64,000 nucleotides of DNA from Alphaproteobacteria bacterium (GTDB lineage: Bacteria; Pseudomonadota; Alphaproteobacteria; UBA828), in assembly GCA_965237415.1 (NCBI GenBank), contig CBDEFM010000002.1, positions 832,001 to 896,000 on the forward strand, in the 5' to 3' direction. The translations under genes were made by a program, and so were the position numbers. The notes under the pieces are model-generated. The model was given only the letters and a program-made list of their open reading frames with translations. It made no database searches and was not told where the DNA came from. Below are positions 10,756 to 21,117 of this stretch, piece after piece (the stretch's first letter is position 1; each line of letters begins with the position of its first letter).

Positions 10756-11208
10756 ATGGCTTTCGGATTGAACAGGGCAGAAGTGATCGGCCGCTTGGGC
10801 GCCGACGTCACCATCAACCACCTCGCGTCCGGCGGGCGCGTGGCCAATCTCAGCATCGCCACCGACGAGTCGTATATCGACCGGCAGACCGGCGAGCGGG
10901 TCGACCGGACCGAGTGGCACCGGGTCGTGACCTTCCAGAACGGGCTGGTCGACATGTTCGAGAAGCACGCGAAGAAGGGCCGGCTGGTCTATGTCGCCGG
11001 CAAGCTCCAGACCCGGCGCTGGAAGAAGGACGGCGAGGACTCCGACCGGTTCTCGACCGAGATCCTCCTCGTCCCCGGCGGCAGGGTGCAATTCCTCGAC
11101 AAGCCCGCCAACGGCAACGGCGCCCCGGCGCAGGGCAGCGAGGCGACCCCGCCCGCCGCTACCGGCCCGGCCGCTCCGTCCGACCCGGACGACGAAATTC
11201 CTTTCTGA
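10756..11208 (+). CDS. ssb: Single-stranded DNA-binding protein (element-encoded)
   Basis: LNRAEVIGRLGAD, TEWHRVV, KGRLVYVAGKLQTRRW, acidic tail DDEIPF; AGGAG RBS. Confidence 0.95.
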   Translation: MAFGLNRAEVIGRLGADVTINHLASGGRVANLSIATDESYIDRQTGERVDRTEWHRVVTFQNGLVDMFEKHAKKGRLVYVAGKLQTRRWKKDGEDSDRFSTEILLVPGGRVQFLDKPANGNGAPAQGSEATPPAATGPAAPSDPDDEIPF

Positions 11209-11230
11209 GTCCCTACCTCCCTCCAACTCG

Positions 11231-11278
11231 GGGCCGGATCCGCGTCTCTCCCTGCGCGGATTCGGTCCCTTTCTTTTT
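11231..11278 (+). terminator. Intrinsic terminator after ssb
   Basis: Stem gggccggatccgcg / cgcggattcggtccc followed by a T-rich run. Confidence 0.7.
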
Positions 11279-11479
11279 GCAGCCGGTCCCGAGCCGCCCC
11301 CGGCCGGACGGCAGGGCTCGCGCTTCGCGCGCCGCCCGCCGTCCCGGCGCCCCCGAGGGCCGGAGAGGGGCCGGCACCGGGGCGTTCCCCGGCTGCCCCG
11401 AGAGAGGTTTCCCCATGTTCACGATTTCCGCTCGCGGTTCCGGCTTCGCCGGTGCCCGCATTCGCACAAGACGTGCGCC

Positions 11480-12508
11480 ATGAGCGCCGCCGCCTCCGTC
11501 GCCGCAGCGCTCGGCGCGCGCGCCGAAGACGTTTGCCGGCGCTATCTCCCCCACGGCCGCAAGAGCGGCCGCTACTGGACCGCCGGCGACATTCGCGGCG
11601 CCAGGGGGCGCTCGCTCTTCGTCCGCCTAGCGCCTCCAGGCGTCCCCGGGAAATGGACCGACGCCGCCTCCGGCGAGCACGGCGACCTGCTCGACCTCAT
11701 CCGCATCGCCTCCGGCGCGGGCTCGCTTCGCGCCGCCCTCGCCGAGGCGCGCGCCTTCCTCTCCATGCCGGCCATGGCCGCCCCCGCCGGCCCCGACAGC
11801 TACGACCGCACGGAAGCGGCACACCGCCTGTGGCGGCGCTGCCGCGCCATCGACGGCACCCACGCCGAGGCCTATCTGCGCGCCAGGCTCATCCACCGCT
11901 GCCGCTTCCCGGCGCTCCGCTTCCACCCCGCGCTGTTCCATCGCGACGGCGGCGGCGTGCGCCGCCTGCCGGCGCTGGTCGCCGCCGTGACCGGCGCCGC
12001 AGGGGAACACCCTGGTCCGGGGGAACACCCCGGTCACGGCGCAATTACCGGCGTCCATCGGACGTGGCTCGATCCGTCGCGACCCGCCAAGGCGCCCGTG
12101 GCGCGGCCGCGCAAAGCGCTCGGCCGCGTCCACGGCCATGCCGTGCGCTTCGGCGAACCCGCCGCCCAGACGCTGCTGGTCGGCGAGGGCATCGAGACGG
12201 TGCTGTCGCTGGTCACCGCGGTCCCCGACACCGTCGCCGCGGCGGCGCTCTCCGCCGGCAGCCTCGGCGCATTCGCGCCTCCGCCCGGCGTCGCGCGCCT
12301 CGTCATCGCCCGCGACAACGACCCGGAAGGCGAGCGCGCGGCCGAACGCCTCGCCCGGCGCTGCGCACGCGCGGGCGTCGCCGCGCTGATCGTGGTTCCC
12401 AAGGGCGGCGACTTCAACGACGACCTCGTTTCACTCGGCGTCGACGCGCTTCGCCTCCGGCTCCGCGCCATCCTCCGCGTCCGGGACGCGGCCGGAGAGA
12501 GAGCGTGA
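11480..12508 (+). CDS. Toprim-domain primase-like protein of plasmid/ICE backbones
   Basis: GKWTDAASGEHGDLLDLI, AEAYLRAR, GVHRTWLD, LVGEGIETVLS, IARDNDPEG, GGDFNDDL. Confidence 0.85.
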   Translation: MSAAASVAAALGARAEDVCRRYLPHGRKSGRYWTAGDIRGARGRSLFVRLAPPGVPGKWTDAASGEHGDLLDLIRIASGAGSLRAALAEARAFLSMPAMAAPAGPDSYDRTEAAHRLWRRCRAIDGTHAEAYLRARLIHRCRFPALRFHPALFHRDGGGVRRLPALVAAVTGAAGEHPGPGEHPGHGAITGVHRTWLDPSRPAKAPVARPRKALGRVHGHAVRFGEPAAQTLLVGEGIETVLSLVTAVPDTVAAAALSAGSLGAFAPPPGVARLVIARDNDPEGERAAERLARRCARAGVAALIVVPKGGDFNDDLVSLGVDALRLRLRAILRVRDAAGERA

Positions 12509-12586
12509 AGCGCTCGATGGGCGAGCGCCGGGCGAGGGAGAGAGAGGGCCCCCGCCGGCAGCACGGCACACCGGGAGGAACACGAC

Positions 12587-12811
12587 ATGGCCGACATCAC
12601 CTTCAGGCGCATCGACCGCGACGAATGGCGCGTCTACCAGGATGGAGACATCCTGGGCGACGTCTGCCGCGTCGCCGACATCCTCCACGAGGGCCAGCAC
12701 TACTTCGTGGTGCACCTGAGCGAAGACGTTCGCGGCCCGGTGCGGGTCCACGACCGCGCGCGCGTCCGCGACATCACCCGCCGACTCGTCGACACGCATC
12801 CCCTGTGGTGA
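12587..12811 (+). CDS. Small hypothetical protein
   Basis: GGAGGA RBS; 74-aa ORF MADITFRRIDRDEWRVY... Confidence 0.7.
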   Translation: MADITFRRIDRDEWRVYQDGDILGDVCRVADILHEGQHYFVVHLSEDVRGPVRVHDRARVRDITRRLVDTHPLW

Positions 12812-13419
12812 GCCGTCTGAACCGCCTTGCGGCGGTCGCGGCCCCGGCCGCGAAGCGGCTGCCGCCGCTTGGGGGGATTGAATGGACTGCTCCACGTCGT
12901 GAAGTCCGATCGTGCCACACGTGCTCGCTACAGCAACCCTGCGGGTCCTCCGCTCCGCTACGGCCTGGCCCAAGAAGCTCTAGGGCGGGCCGTGAAAGTC
13001 GCCGACCGAGAAGTTGGGCTTACGCGAACTCTCCGGCACCTCGCGTGTGGCGCGCCGGCCCCTGAAGCGCGGGGCCGCCGCCTCGGCCCGGCGCTCCCTG
13101 GAGCCCGGCACGCGGCAAGCAGCACCCAGCGCCATACCAGGCTGCGCCGTCGTGCATCCCTCCAACGACCCAGTCCTTGGCGGGTGCTACTCACCGCGCA
13201 CCTCAAATGCCAACTGGAAACCAGTCCAATCTCGACGACCCCGCGCCGGGCCTCCCCTCGCTGCACGACGCCCAACTTCCGCACCAAGATCGGCGACTTT
13301 CCGCACCAACCCCCGCCCAAGAGCTTCTAAGGCCAGGTGCTTCCGCTGCGCGCGCGTGTCCCGAAAGGACATCACGACGGGGCACAGGGTCCCGGAGGAT
13401 GACAGACAAGGAGATCGTC

Positions 13420-14337
13420 ATGATCGACACCACCGCAACCCAGACCGCATCGCCCACCGCCGCCGTCTGCGAGAGCCTCGCCCTCTTCGGCGCAAGCCCG
13501 GAGCGCGGCGAGCTCGACAGCCGCGAGGTCTGGGACGAGGACGACGCCATCGACGCCCTCGGCGAGGCCATCCGCGTCATCGTGGACGGCGTCACCGTCG
13601 AGGGGACGCAGCTCGCCGACGAGCGCGAGGCCCTGATGTGGGGCTTCGTGAACATGCTGCACTCGCAGGTCGCCCGCCTCGACCGCACCGTCGACCGGAT
13701 CGTGCCGGAGATGCGCGACCTCGAACGCGCCCAGGACGGCACCGAGGTGAAGACGTGGGAGTTGCAGCTCCAGACCGACCGGGCACACAACCTCGGCGAC
13801 CGTAGGGACGCGTTCGAGAAGATGCGCGATACCGCCGCCGAAGCCTACCGCGTCCACACCGGCGATGTCTGGCGCCCGCGCCACGGATCGCACGCCAGCC
13901 AGACCGGCAAGCTCACCTCGGCCGCCATCGACGCCCGGGACTTCCAGCGCGCACGGAAGGACCGCGAGACCCGGGCGCACCTGCCGGAGGGAACCCTGGT
14001 GGCCATCACCGGCGGCAAGCAGGTCATGGATGCGGACTCGGTCTGGACCACGCTCGACCGGGCGCGCGAGAAGTACGGCGACATGGTTCTGCTGCACGGC
14101 GGCGGTCCCGGCATCGAGAAGATCGCGGCGAGCTGGGCGGAGGCGCGCGGCGTCGATCAGGTCGTCTGCCGCCCGGACTGGAACGCCCACGGCAAGGCCG
14201 CCCCCTTCCGGCGCAACGACGAGCTGCTGAACCTGCTCCCGAAGGGCGTCATCGCCTTCCCCGGCTCAGGCATCACCGGGAACCTCGTCGACAAGGCCCG
14301 CCAGCTCGGCATCCCGGTCATGAACGTCGCTGCGTGA
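13420..14337 (+). CDS. DUF2493 / YspA-like SLOG-family protein
   Basis: C-terminal VAITGG...VLLHGGGPG...WAEARGV...PDWNAHGKAAPFRRNDELL...IAFPGSGITGNLVDKAR; AAGGAG RBS. Confidence 0.85.
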   Translation: MIDTTATQTASPTAAVCESLALFGASPERGELDSREVWDEDDAIDALGEAIRVIVDGVTVEGTQLADEREALMWGFVNMLHSQVARLDRTVDRIVPEMRDLERAQDGTEVKTWELQLQTDRAHNLGDRRDAFEKMRDTAAEAYRVHTGDVWRPRHGSHASQTGKLTSAAIDARDFQRARKDRETRAHLPEGTLVAITGGKQVMDADSVWTTLDRAREKYGDMVLLHGGGPGIEKIAASWAEARGVDQVVCRPDWNAHGKAAPFRRNDELLNLLPKGVIAFPGSGITGNLVDKARQLGIPVMNVAA

Positions 14338-14361
14338 GGACGGCGCTTCCGTCACCCGCCA

Positions 14362-14403
14362 GGGCCGGTTCCTCGCTTCGGCGAGGGATCGGCCCCTTTT
14401 TTT
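14362..14403 (+). terminator. Intrinsic terminator
   Basis: gggccggttcctcgc-TTCG-gcgagggatcggccc followed by a T run. Confidence 0.85.
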
Positions 14404-14498
14404 GCGCCGTGCCCGGTGTCGCGCTTCGCGGCGCGGCGCTTCGCGCCGGCGCCGCGCGCGCTCCCGGCACCGCCACCGTGCCCCACGCCGCCAATGCG

Positions 14499-15045
14499 GC
14501 CTCGCGTCCGGCTCGGCGCTGGCGCGCCGTCGCCGGTCGCTCGCGACTCCCTTCTTCCGCGATCCCTATCCGAGGACGCTACCTTCCCTGTCATTCCCAG
14601 CTGAATCCGCATGGTCCGTTGACGATGATGGCGGATGAGGATCCGATATCGCCCTCCGTCCCACCGGCATGATCGGGGCGCCCGCCCGGTCCAGGGACCG
14701 GGCGCCGGGCTCTATTCCGCCGGGCGCGGCTTCGCCCCGCCCGGCTCCACGAAGCCCGCTGACGCGGTCTTCGCCCTTCGGGTGACGATCCCTGTCGCCT
14801 TCGCTCGCGTTGCTCGCTGCGCGCTTCGCTTGCGGGTGCATGCGGCCAGACCCGTGGCCCTCCGCCGCCGTGGCTCGGTCGCTCCGCTCCCTTCGCCGGC
14901 GGCTCTCTCCCCCCGTGCAAACGCGCATCGCGGCGCGTCGCTTCGCTCCGCCGCCGCCCGCGCTCATATCGACCGCTCGTTTCGACGCCTGCGACCGCGC
15001 CTCGCGTCCGGCTCGGCGCTAACGCGCCATCGCAGGACGCTCGCG
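14499..15045. repeat. Two ~47-bp imperfect direct repeats 500 bp apart in a hairpin-rich non-coding region
   Basis: gcctcgcgtccggctcggcgct is identical at 14499-14520 and 14999-15020 and continues with similarity; many cgcttcgc/cgctcgc motifs. Confidence 0.8.
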
Positions 15046-15151
15046 GCCCCTCCCCACTCTCAATGCTGTCCACCGCAAAACCGATCGCCGCTCTTCGAGC
15101 GACGCTTCGCCGCCTGTCGCCCGGCGCTCCGCGCCTTCGCTCCAGCCGCTC

Positions 15152-15454
15152 TCAGAACGGATCCTTGCCTTCCTCCGTCCCCGCCGCCTGCGCCACGGAC
15201 TTCGCCTTTCTGCCCGGCAGCTCTCCCTTGTCGAGGAAGGTCTTGAGGCTCCGCTCCCCGATCTCGATACCTCGTGCTTTCAGCACTTCGTGTATCTGCG
15301 CCACGGTCACGCCCTTGGCCCGTTGCTCGAGCATCCGCTCTCGCAAGCGGTCCAGGACGTCCTTCAGCGACAGCTTCGGAGGCGCCAGCTTCGCCAGATC
15401 GCCGTCGATCGCCTCGAAGTCGACATCCGCTTCGTTGAAGCGTCTCGCCACCAT
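15152..15454 (-). CDS. Small protein divergent from the relaxase, probable relaxosome accessory (Mob) protein
   Basis: GGAGGAGG RBS before MVARRF...; helical/HTH-like GVTVAQIHEVLKARGIEI; lies next to oriT. Confidence 0.65.
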   Translation of the reverse strand: MVARRFNEADVDFEAIDGDLAKLAPPKLSLKDVLDRLRERMLEQRAKGVTVAQIHEVLKARGIEIGERSLKTFLDKGELPGRKAKSVAQAAGTEEGKDPF

Positions 15455-15649
15455 GCCCGTATCCTCCTCCAATTCCTGCAATTCCGGACGGTTCCACATG
15501 ATCGACCTGCGGCCCCACCGTGTCAACGGCACACGCGTTTCGGACCCCGATTCGCGCCCCACGGTCTACAATTTTCCCTTGTCCCTGCCGTGGCCGCCCG
15601 CGTATTATATATATGCGCTCATCGAGAACCGTCTACGTGGTCGTTTTTC

Positions 15650-15674
15650 TTCTCACACCTATGCACTAAAGTGC
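15650..15674 (-). other. Putative MOBF oriT/nic site
   Basis: Minus strand GCAC-TTTA-GTGC hairpin followed by ATAGGTGT^GAGA, resembling F/R46-type nic sites (hairpin + ...GGTGT^); upstream of the relaxase. Confidence 0.7.
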
Positions 15675-15840
15675 GAGTTGCCGAGAAGTATAGCGGATGG
15701 TACAGTCAGCTATTGGCGGATGTCACGATCCCAATGTGTAGCGATGCGAGATCTATGAAGATTCCTCCTTCAGCAGTCGCAGCTGAAGCTTCGCGTGCGA
15801 GTACGGTCGCCGCGCGTCGTCCGGGCAGGGACACCGCACC

Positions 15841-18800
15841 ATGGTAGCCACCCTCGCCCAGGCGGCCTCGGCCGCGTACTACCTGGAGAGCCAGCGCTCG
15901 TTCCGCCATCCCAACGAGTACTACACGGCGGGCGAGGAGCCGGACGGGGTGTGGTTCAACCCCAAGGGACTGCTCGGCCTCGAGAACGGCGGCAAGGTCG
16001 ACAGCAGCGACTTCCACCGGCTCTATCACGGCTTCGCGCCGGACGGCTCCAGCAGACTCACCAGGAACGCCGGCAGCGACCAGCGCTCTCCGGGCGTGGA
16101 CATGACCTTCTCGGCCGACAAGAGCGTGTCCGCGCTCTGGGCCATCGCCGATCCCGCGCTCCGGGCCCGGATCGAGGAAGCCCACAACGACGCCGCCCGG
16201 GTGGCGCTGGAAGAGACGGTGTTCCGCTACTGCGCGTATACGCGGATCCGGGACAGGGAGGGGCGGATCAGGGCCCTGCCTGCCGATATCTCGGTGGCGA
16301 TGTTCCAGCACGGCACCAGCCGGGAGAACGATCCGCAGCTTCATACCCACTGCGTCATCTTCAATGCAGCCCTTACCCGCGAGGACGGCAAGTGGCGGGC
16401 CATGCACCAGTACCCGGTCTACAGCTGGGCCAAGGCCGCGGGCGCGGTCTACCGCAATGCCCTGGCCTGGAACCTCCGCGAGAGCCTGGGCATCCGCATG
16501 GAGCAGTACGGTCCCGATGGCGGGCTCACCCGCATCGAGGGCATGCCGGAGGACCTGCAGGTCTTCTGGTCGAAGCGGCGGAAGGCGATCGTCGCCAAGG
16601 CCGGAGAGCTGGGCATTCCGTCGCTCGGCAACGCCTCGCGCATGGCCGGCGTCAACAAGCTGACGCGGGCGGGCAAGTCGCACGACAACGACCCGGAGGT
16701 GCGACACCGGCGCTGGCACGAAGAGGCCGAAGGCTTCGCCGAGCGCGAGGAGCTGATCGCCTCCGTGACAGGGCATGAAGTGAAGACCACGCGGGAGGCG
16801 ATCCGGGAGCTGACTGGCCGGCTGGACGATCTTCCCGCCCACCTTGCCCGGCAAGAAGCCGTGTTCCGCCGCCCGGACATGGTGGAGGCGGCGGCCAATG
16901 CTGCGGCAGGCCTGATCGGCCCTGAAGCCTTGAGAACCGCCATCGAGCGGCTTCGACGCAACCCCGAGATCGAGCGACTGGAGCCGAAGAAGCCGACAGC
17001 GGAGTCGCTCGCGGGAATGGCCCATACCGAGATCTATTCCACCCGCCACAATCTCGGGCTGGAGCAGGCGGTCAAGGACATGGCAGAAGCCATGGCCGCC
17101 GATACCGGCCACGGGCTGCCTGAAGGGGCGGTCGAGGAGAAGGTGGAGACGCTGCTGGAGCAGGGCTATCCGCTGAGCCAGGAGCAGTCGCTGGCGATCC
17201 GCCATGCCACCCTGAAGGGCGGACGTGTTGCGGTGATCGAGGGCGCGGCGGGCTCGGGCAAGACCACCACGCTCAGGCCCATCACCGACCTGCACAAGGA
17301 GCACGGCTACGAGATCGTGCCGACCGCCGTCGCCTGGCGCACGGCGGTGGCGCTGGGAGACGACTGCGACGCACGCGCCTACTGCGTCGACAAGCTTCTC
17401 AAGCTGGCCGCCAAGGAGCAGGTCGAGATCGGCCACAAGACCCTGATCGTGGTGGACGAGGCGGGGATGCTATCGACGCGGCAGGCCCATCACATCCTTC
17501 AGCTCTCCGAGCGCCACGGGGCCAAGGTCGTGTTCGCCGGCGACACCCGGCAACAGCAGCCGGTGGAGGCAGGTCCGGGGCTGAGGCTGATCCGCGACGT
17601 CGCCGGCAGCGTCCGCGTCGACCGCATCAGGCGCCAGAAGGCGGACCTGGAAGACGTGCTGGTCCATGTCCACAAGGAGACGACCGAGCAGGCCCGATTC
17701 CGGGCCGGGCTTACGAACCCTCAGGAGCACGACGCGATCCTCGCGGACTACGAGGCGATGGAGAGAAAGCCGGTATTCACGCCGTGGCAGGTGGCGGTCT
17801 CGGAAGCCTTGAGGGACGGGGAGGCGGAGAAGGCCATCGAGGCGTGGCATCTGCGCAACCGGCTCCATCTCTGCCACGACGAGGAGAAGACGCTCACCCG
17901 TCTGGTGGATGACTGGGAGCGCCATGTGCGCACACACCCCGACACATCTACCGTCGTGCTCGCGCGCACGAAGGCCGAGGGACGGGCGCTGTCGTGGCTG
18001 ATGCGGCAGCGCGTGCTTGCGCGGACCTCCGACGCGAAGCGCGCCGTCATCGAGGTGAGCCGAGACCTGGACGGGCGGCTGACGGAGCCGCTGGAGATCG
18101 CGGTGGGCGACCGCATCCGCATCGGCGCCACGCAGTGGGAGAAGCAGCTCTTTAACGGCACAGTGGTCACGATAGAGGACCTGGAGGTCCGGCCCGCGGG
18201 TGATACCGCGGTCACGCGCAAGGCCCGCAATAGGACCGCGGCAGGGCGGCAGCCGGACGCGGACCGGTCCGAGCCTGAGTTTTGCGTCCACATCACCGCA
18301 CGTACCGACGACGGGCGGCGCGTGATCTTCCGCCATGACGAGATCCGTGACTGGCACGACAACATCCGCCTGGACTACGGCTATGCCATGACCATCGCGT
18401 CGGCCCAGGGCCTGACCGTCGACCGGGCGTTCCTTCTCGCAGACGACCGCCCGGCGCGGGAGACGATCTATCCCGCCGCCACCCGGCACCGCGAAGGCCT
18501 GGACGTCTACGTCAACCGGTCTCCCATCGTCTTCGACATCGCGGACAGCCGTCCCGAGGACGAGGCGGAGCGGCCGGTGCTGGACAGCGATATCCGTGGG
18601 TATCTGGCCGAGCGCTGGTCCCGCTCGCAGCCCAAGGAGGCGGCGCTCGATTACGTCTCCGACGGTATGTGGCGCGATGCGAGGGAGAGTGCACGGGCCG
18701 GCATCGCAACTCGCGCAGCCAGACCGGCCGCCATAAGGCATGGCGGTCCCGGGGATGAACAGCGAGAAGCGTCCGAGGCACAGGCGGCGGCGAACGACAA

Positions 18801-19974
18801 CGCGATCGTGCGCATCGCTCAGGAAATCCGTCACGCGGTCAACGGCTGGCGCCACGGAGTCGCCGTGGACGCGTTCGCGGCGGAGCGCGCGCAAGTGCTG
18901 GCCGCCTGGGACGAGCTGCGCGAGCGGACGCGCAACGAGGGCGACGCGGTGGCGCTGAGCCCCGCATTCCGCGAGACCCTCGACCGGCACGGCGCGCTCA
19001 TGAAGCAGGCCGCATCCTTCCGCCGTCGTCCGCAGGTGTTCGAGCGGCTGCTGGCCGAGCGCGCCGGGATCGGCGAAGGCGAGATCGAGCAACTCGGAGA
19101 CGAGCATGCCCGTGCCGGCAGGTATCTCAGGTCCGTCAAGGCCAGGACGTCACACGCAGCACGGCAGGAAGCACCGCACGAAGAGCCGGGGATCCTCGAG
19201 GCCATCGCAGCCGAAGCCGCCGCTCCCTCCGCCGGGCCCGCTCCCGAACGGCACGCTCCGTCCCGGACCGTGGAAGAGCTTGCCCCCGGCCCGGAGCGGG
19301 ATACCCGTCCTGACTGGAACACGCTCTACAAGGAGCTGCAACGGGACTGGAACGATCTCGTCGCACGCTCAGAAGAGCCCGATCTTCCGCTACTCCTGAT
19401 GGACGGGTACGACGCACTGATCCACCGCGTCCGCGCCCTCTTCGATCATCCCGACCTGTCCGAGAGGGCACATAGCGTGCTCGACCAGCTCCTCGACTAC
19501 CATGACGAGGAGACCGAGACCCGCCAGACCGCCGAGGGCTATCTGGCTTTGGCGGAGCGTCATGTCGAGGCGTACAAGGCCCTTGAGCGGCAGGCCAGCG
19601 AGCGCGGCATTCCCGTTGTCCGCCTCGACGCCTGGCCTGAATGGCGCGAGGCTGCCGTGATGCTGGCAGCCACTGGCAAGGCCATCCTCTCCAATGATGA
19701 GAACTATGGCGCCTATCTCGACGCCATCACGATTGGCAAGGCCCGTGCACGACTTACGGTCGAGCAGCTGACCAACCGGCTTCGCGAGAACCGCACCCGC
19801 ACACCAAGGCCGGAGGTACGACAGCCCCGGCGCGAGCCGACGCCCAAGCAGGAGCAGGGCTTCGCTCATTTTCTCGATGACCGCGAGCAGCTCAGAGAAC
19901 TACGTGATAAGGCCGAACAGCGCGACCGCAACCGCAGTAGGCACCTCCGGAGGAGCCGAGGCCTAAGCCTGTGA
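15841..19974 (+). CDS. MOBF (TrwC/TraI-like) relaxase-helicase
   Basis: Two YY pairs (AYYLES, NEYYTAG), DMTFSADKSVS, HUH QHGTSRENDPQLHTH, WSKRRKAI, Walker A GAAGSGKTT, VDEAGM, YGYAMTIASAQGLTVD. Confidence 0.95.
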   Translation: MVATLAQAASAAYYLESQRSFRHPNEYYTAGEEPDGVWFNPKGLLGLENGGKVDSSDFHRLYHGFAPDGSSRLTRNAGSDQRSPGVDMTFSADKSVSALWAIADPALRARIEEAHNDAARVALEETVFRYCAYTRIRDREGRIRALPADISVAMFQHGTSRENDPQLHTHCVIFNAALTREDGKWRAMHQYPVYSWAKAAGAVYRNALAWNLRESLGIRMEQYGPDGGLTRIEGMPEDLQVFWSKRRKAIVAKAGELGIPSLGNASRMAGVNKLTRAGKSHDNDPEVRHRRWHEEAEGFAEREELIASVTGHEVKTTREAIRELTGRLDDLPAHLARQEAVFRRPDMVEAAANAAAGLIGPEALRTAIERLRRNPEIERLEPKKPTAESLAGMAHTEIYSTRHNLGLEQAVKDMAEAMAADTGHGLPEGAVEEKVETLLEQGYPLSQEQSLAIRHATLKGGRVAVIEGAAGSGKTTTLRPITDLHKEHGYEIVPTAVAWRTAVALGDDCDARAYCVDKLLKLAAKEQVEIGHKTLIVVDEAGMLSTRQAHHILQLSERHGAKVVFAGDTRQQQPVEAGPGLRLIRDVAGSVRVDRIRRQKADLEDVLVHVHKETTEQARFRAGLTNPQEHDAILADYEAMERKPVFTPWQVAVSEALRDGEAEKAIEAWHLRNRLHLCHDEEKTLTRLVDDWERHVRTHPDTSTVVLARTKAEGRALSWLMRQRVLARTSDAKRAVIEVSRDLDGRLTEPLEIAVGDRIRIGATQWEKQLFNGTVVTIEDLEVRPAGDTAVTRKARNRTAAGRQPDADRSEPEFCVHITARTDDGRRVIFRHDEIRDWHDNIRLDYGYAMTIASAQGLTVDRAFLLADDRPARETIYPAATRHREGLDVYVNRSPIVFDIADSRPEDEAERPVLDSDIRGYLAERWSRSQPKEAALDYVSDGMWRDARESARAGIATRAARPAAIRHGGPGDEQREASEAQAAANDNAIVRIAQEIRHAVNGWRHGVAVDAFAAERAQVLAAWDELRERTRNEGDAVALSPAFRETLDRHGALMKQAASFRRRPQVFERLLAERAGIGEGEIEQLGDEHARAGRYLRSVKARTSHAARQEAPHEEPGILEAIAAEAAAPSAGPAPERHAPSRTVEELAPGPERDTRPDWNTLYKELQRDWNDLVARSEEPDLPLLLMDGYDALIHRVRALFDHPDLSERAHSVLDQLLDYHDEETETRQTAEGYLALAERHVEAYKALERQASERGIPVVRLDAWPEWREAAVMLAATGKAILSNDENYGAYLDAITIGKARARLTVEQLTNRLRENRTRTPRPEVRQPRREPTPKQEQGFAHFLDDREQLRELRDKAEQRDRNRSRHLRRSRGLSL

Positions 19975-20211
19975 CTCGTCAGATTCGTTTTCCGCCACCT
20001 CTACCGAACTGTCTGACAGCGCTTCCTCAATCCGCCGCCCTACGCTTCGCCTATACATCCCACGCTGCGGTTTCTAAAGATCGGAACACTAAATTAACGA
20101 TTGCTACTTCTTCCCGACCACGACGTCCTCTAGTACAGGGTTCGATGCAGTACTGGCCGCCGCTCCGCTTTTCGATCCGATAATACCAAGCCGACCCCTC
20201 TAACCTGCATG

Positions 20212-21117
20212 TTAATCGCGATTTCTAAATCTATCCATACACGCGCAAACTAACAGGACTGCCAAATATGGCACTGCCTTGCTAATTTCCTGCACCGGAT
20301 CAGATACAGACTCTCCGGAGTTGATTTCAAACACAAGGCTGCCAATGCCCTGCTTTGCTTCTACTGAAACGTACAGATCCATGGCATATGTTCCTAGCAT
20401 TGCCAATAGAGTAATCGCAAAGACCCGTCTCCAGAAAAAAGCCGGGTTATGCAACAAAGTGAATACAAAAGTAAGCAAACCAACACCACCCGACACCAAC
20501 AATCGTGCTGAGGACGTCCATTCCAGTGGACCCAACGAGAACCAACTTATCACTGCTCCAATCAACGCAACTCCTAATGACATACATAACCAAACTAGAG
20601 ACGTGTTTTGTCTCGCAATCTCACCAGCCACAATCCTTTCTCTGTGACGAGCGGACATTTCTACTTGGAGCAGATCTTGAAAACGAACACTAGCAGCCCT
20701 AATCCTATTGAAGTCCGTCGCCGAGACCCGCAACGCCGCGACCTCTCCACTCCGCGCTATAACCGTTGCTGACCGCTTTTTTCCCAGTTCAATGGCAGCC
20801 ATCTCACCGACTTGATTAGGTGCTTCTCGCCTTGTTCTGTTTCCCGATTTAAAAACAACATCTACTTCTCCCGACAACAGAAACAAAACAACATTATCTT
20901 GCTCTCCCCGTCGAATAATTCTATCCCCCCTTTGGAAAAATACTGTTTCGCCTACGCCCATCAGACGACTAACAATTGTTTGGTCTCCGTTCACGGCAGG
21001 GTTTGTCGACAGCGTGTCGGCAATTCGAGCGTATCCGCTATTTCCCGCAAACGTGCCACGTAGCGTGGTCTCTGGGCCGAGGCCTATTGCCCGGCGTAAT
21101 TTCGCCGCCCAATACAT
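20212..21117 (-). CDS. Cyclic-nucleotide-binding domain fused to ~4 transmembrane helices; candidate Pycsar-type effector
   Basis: CNBD motifs GDRIIRRGE..LFLLSGEVDV..VGEMAAIE..RSATVIA; four hydrophobic segments in the C-terminal half; overlaps the WYL gene stop; GAGG RBS. Confidence 0.85.
   Translation of the reverse strand: MYWAAKLRRAIGLGPETTLRGTFAGNSGYARIADTLSTNPAVNGDQTIVSRLMGVGETVFFQRGDRIIRRGEQDNVVLFLLSGEVDVVFKSGNRTRREAPNQVGEMAAIELGKKRSATVIARSGEVAALRVSATDFNRIRAASVRFQDLLQVEMSARHRERIVAGEIARQNTSLVWLCMSLGVALIGAVISWFSLGPLEWTSSARLLVSGGVGLLTFVFTLLHNPAFFWRRVFAITLLAMLGTYAMDLYVSVEAKQGIGSLVFEINSGESVSDPVQEISKAVPYLAVLLVCACMDRFRNRD

Noticed and set aside
12002-12037. 18-bp imperfect tandem duplication in the toprim gene (GEHPGP GEHPGH)
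   Set aside because: Real, but an in-frame loop insertion with no evidence of function.
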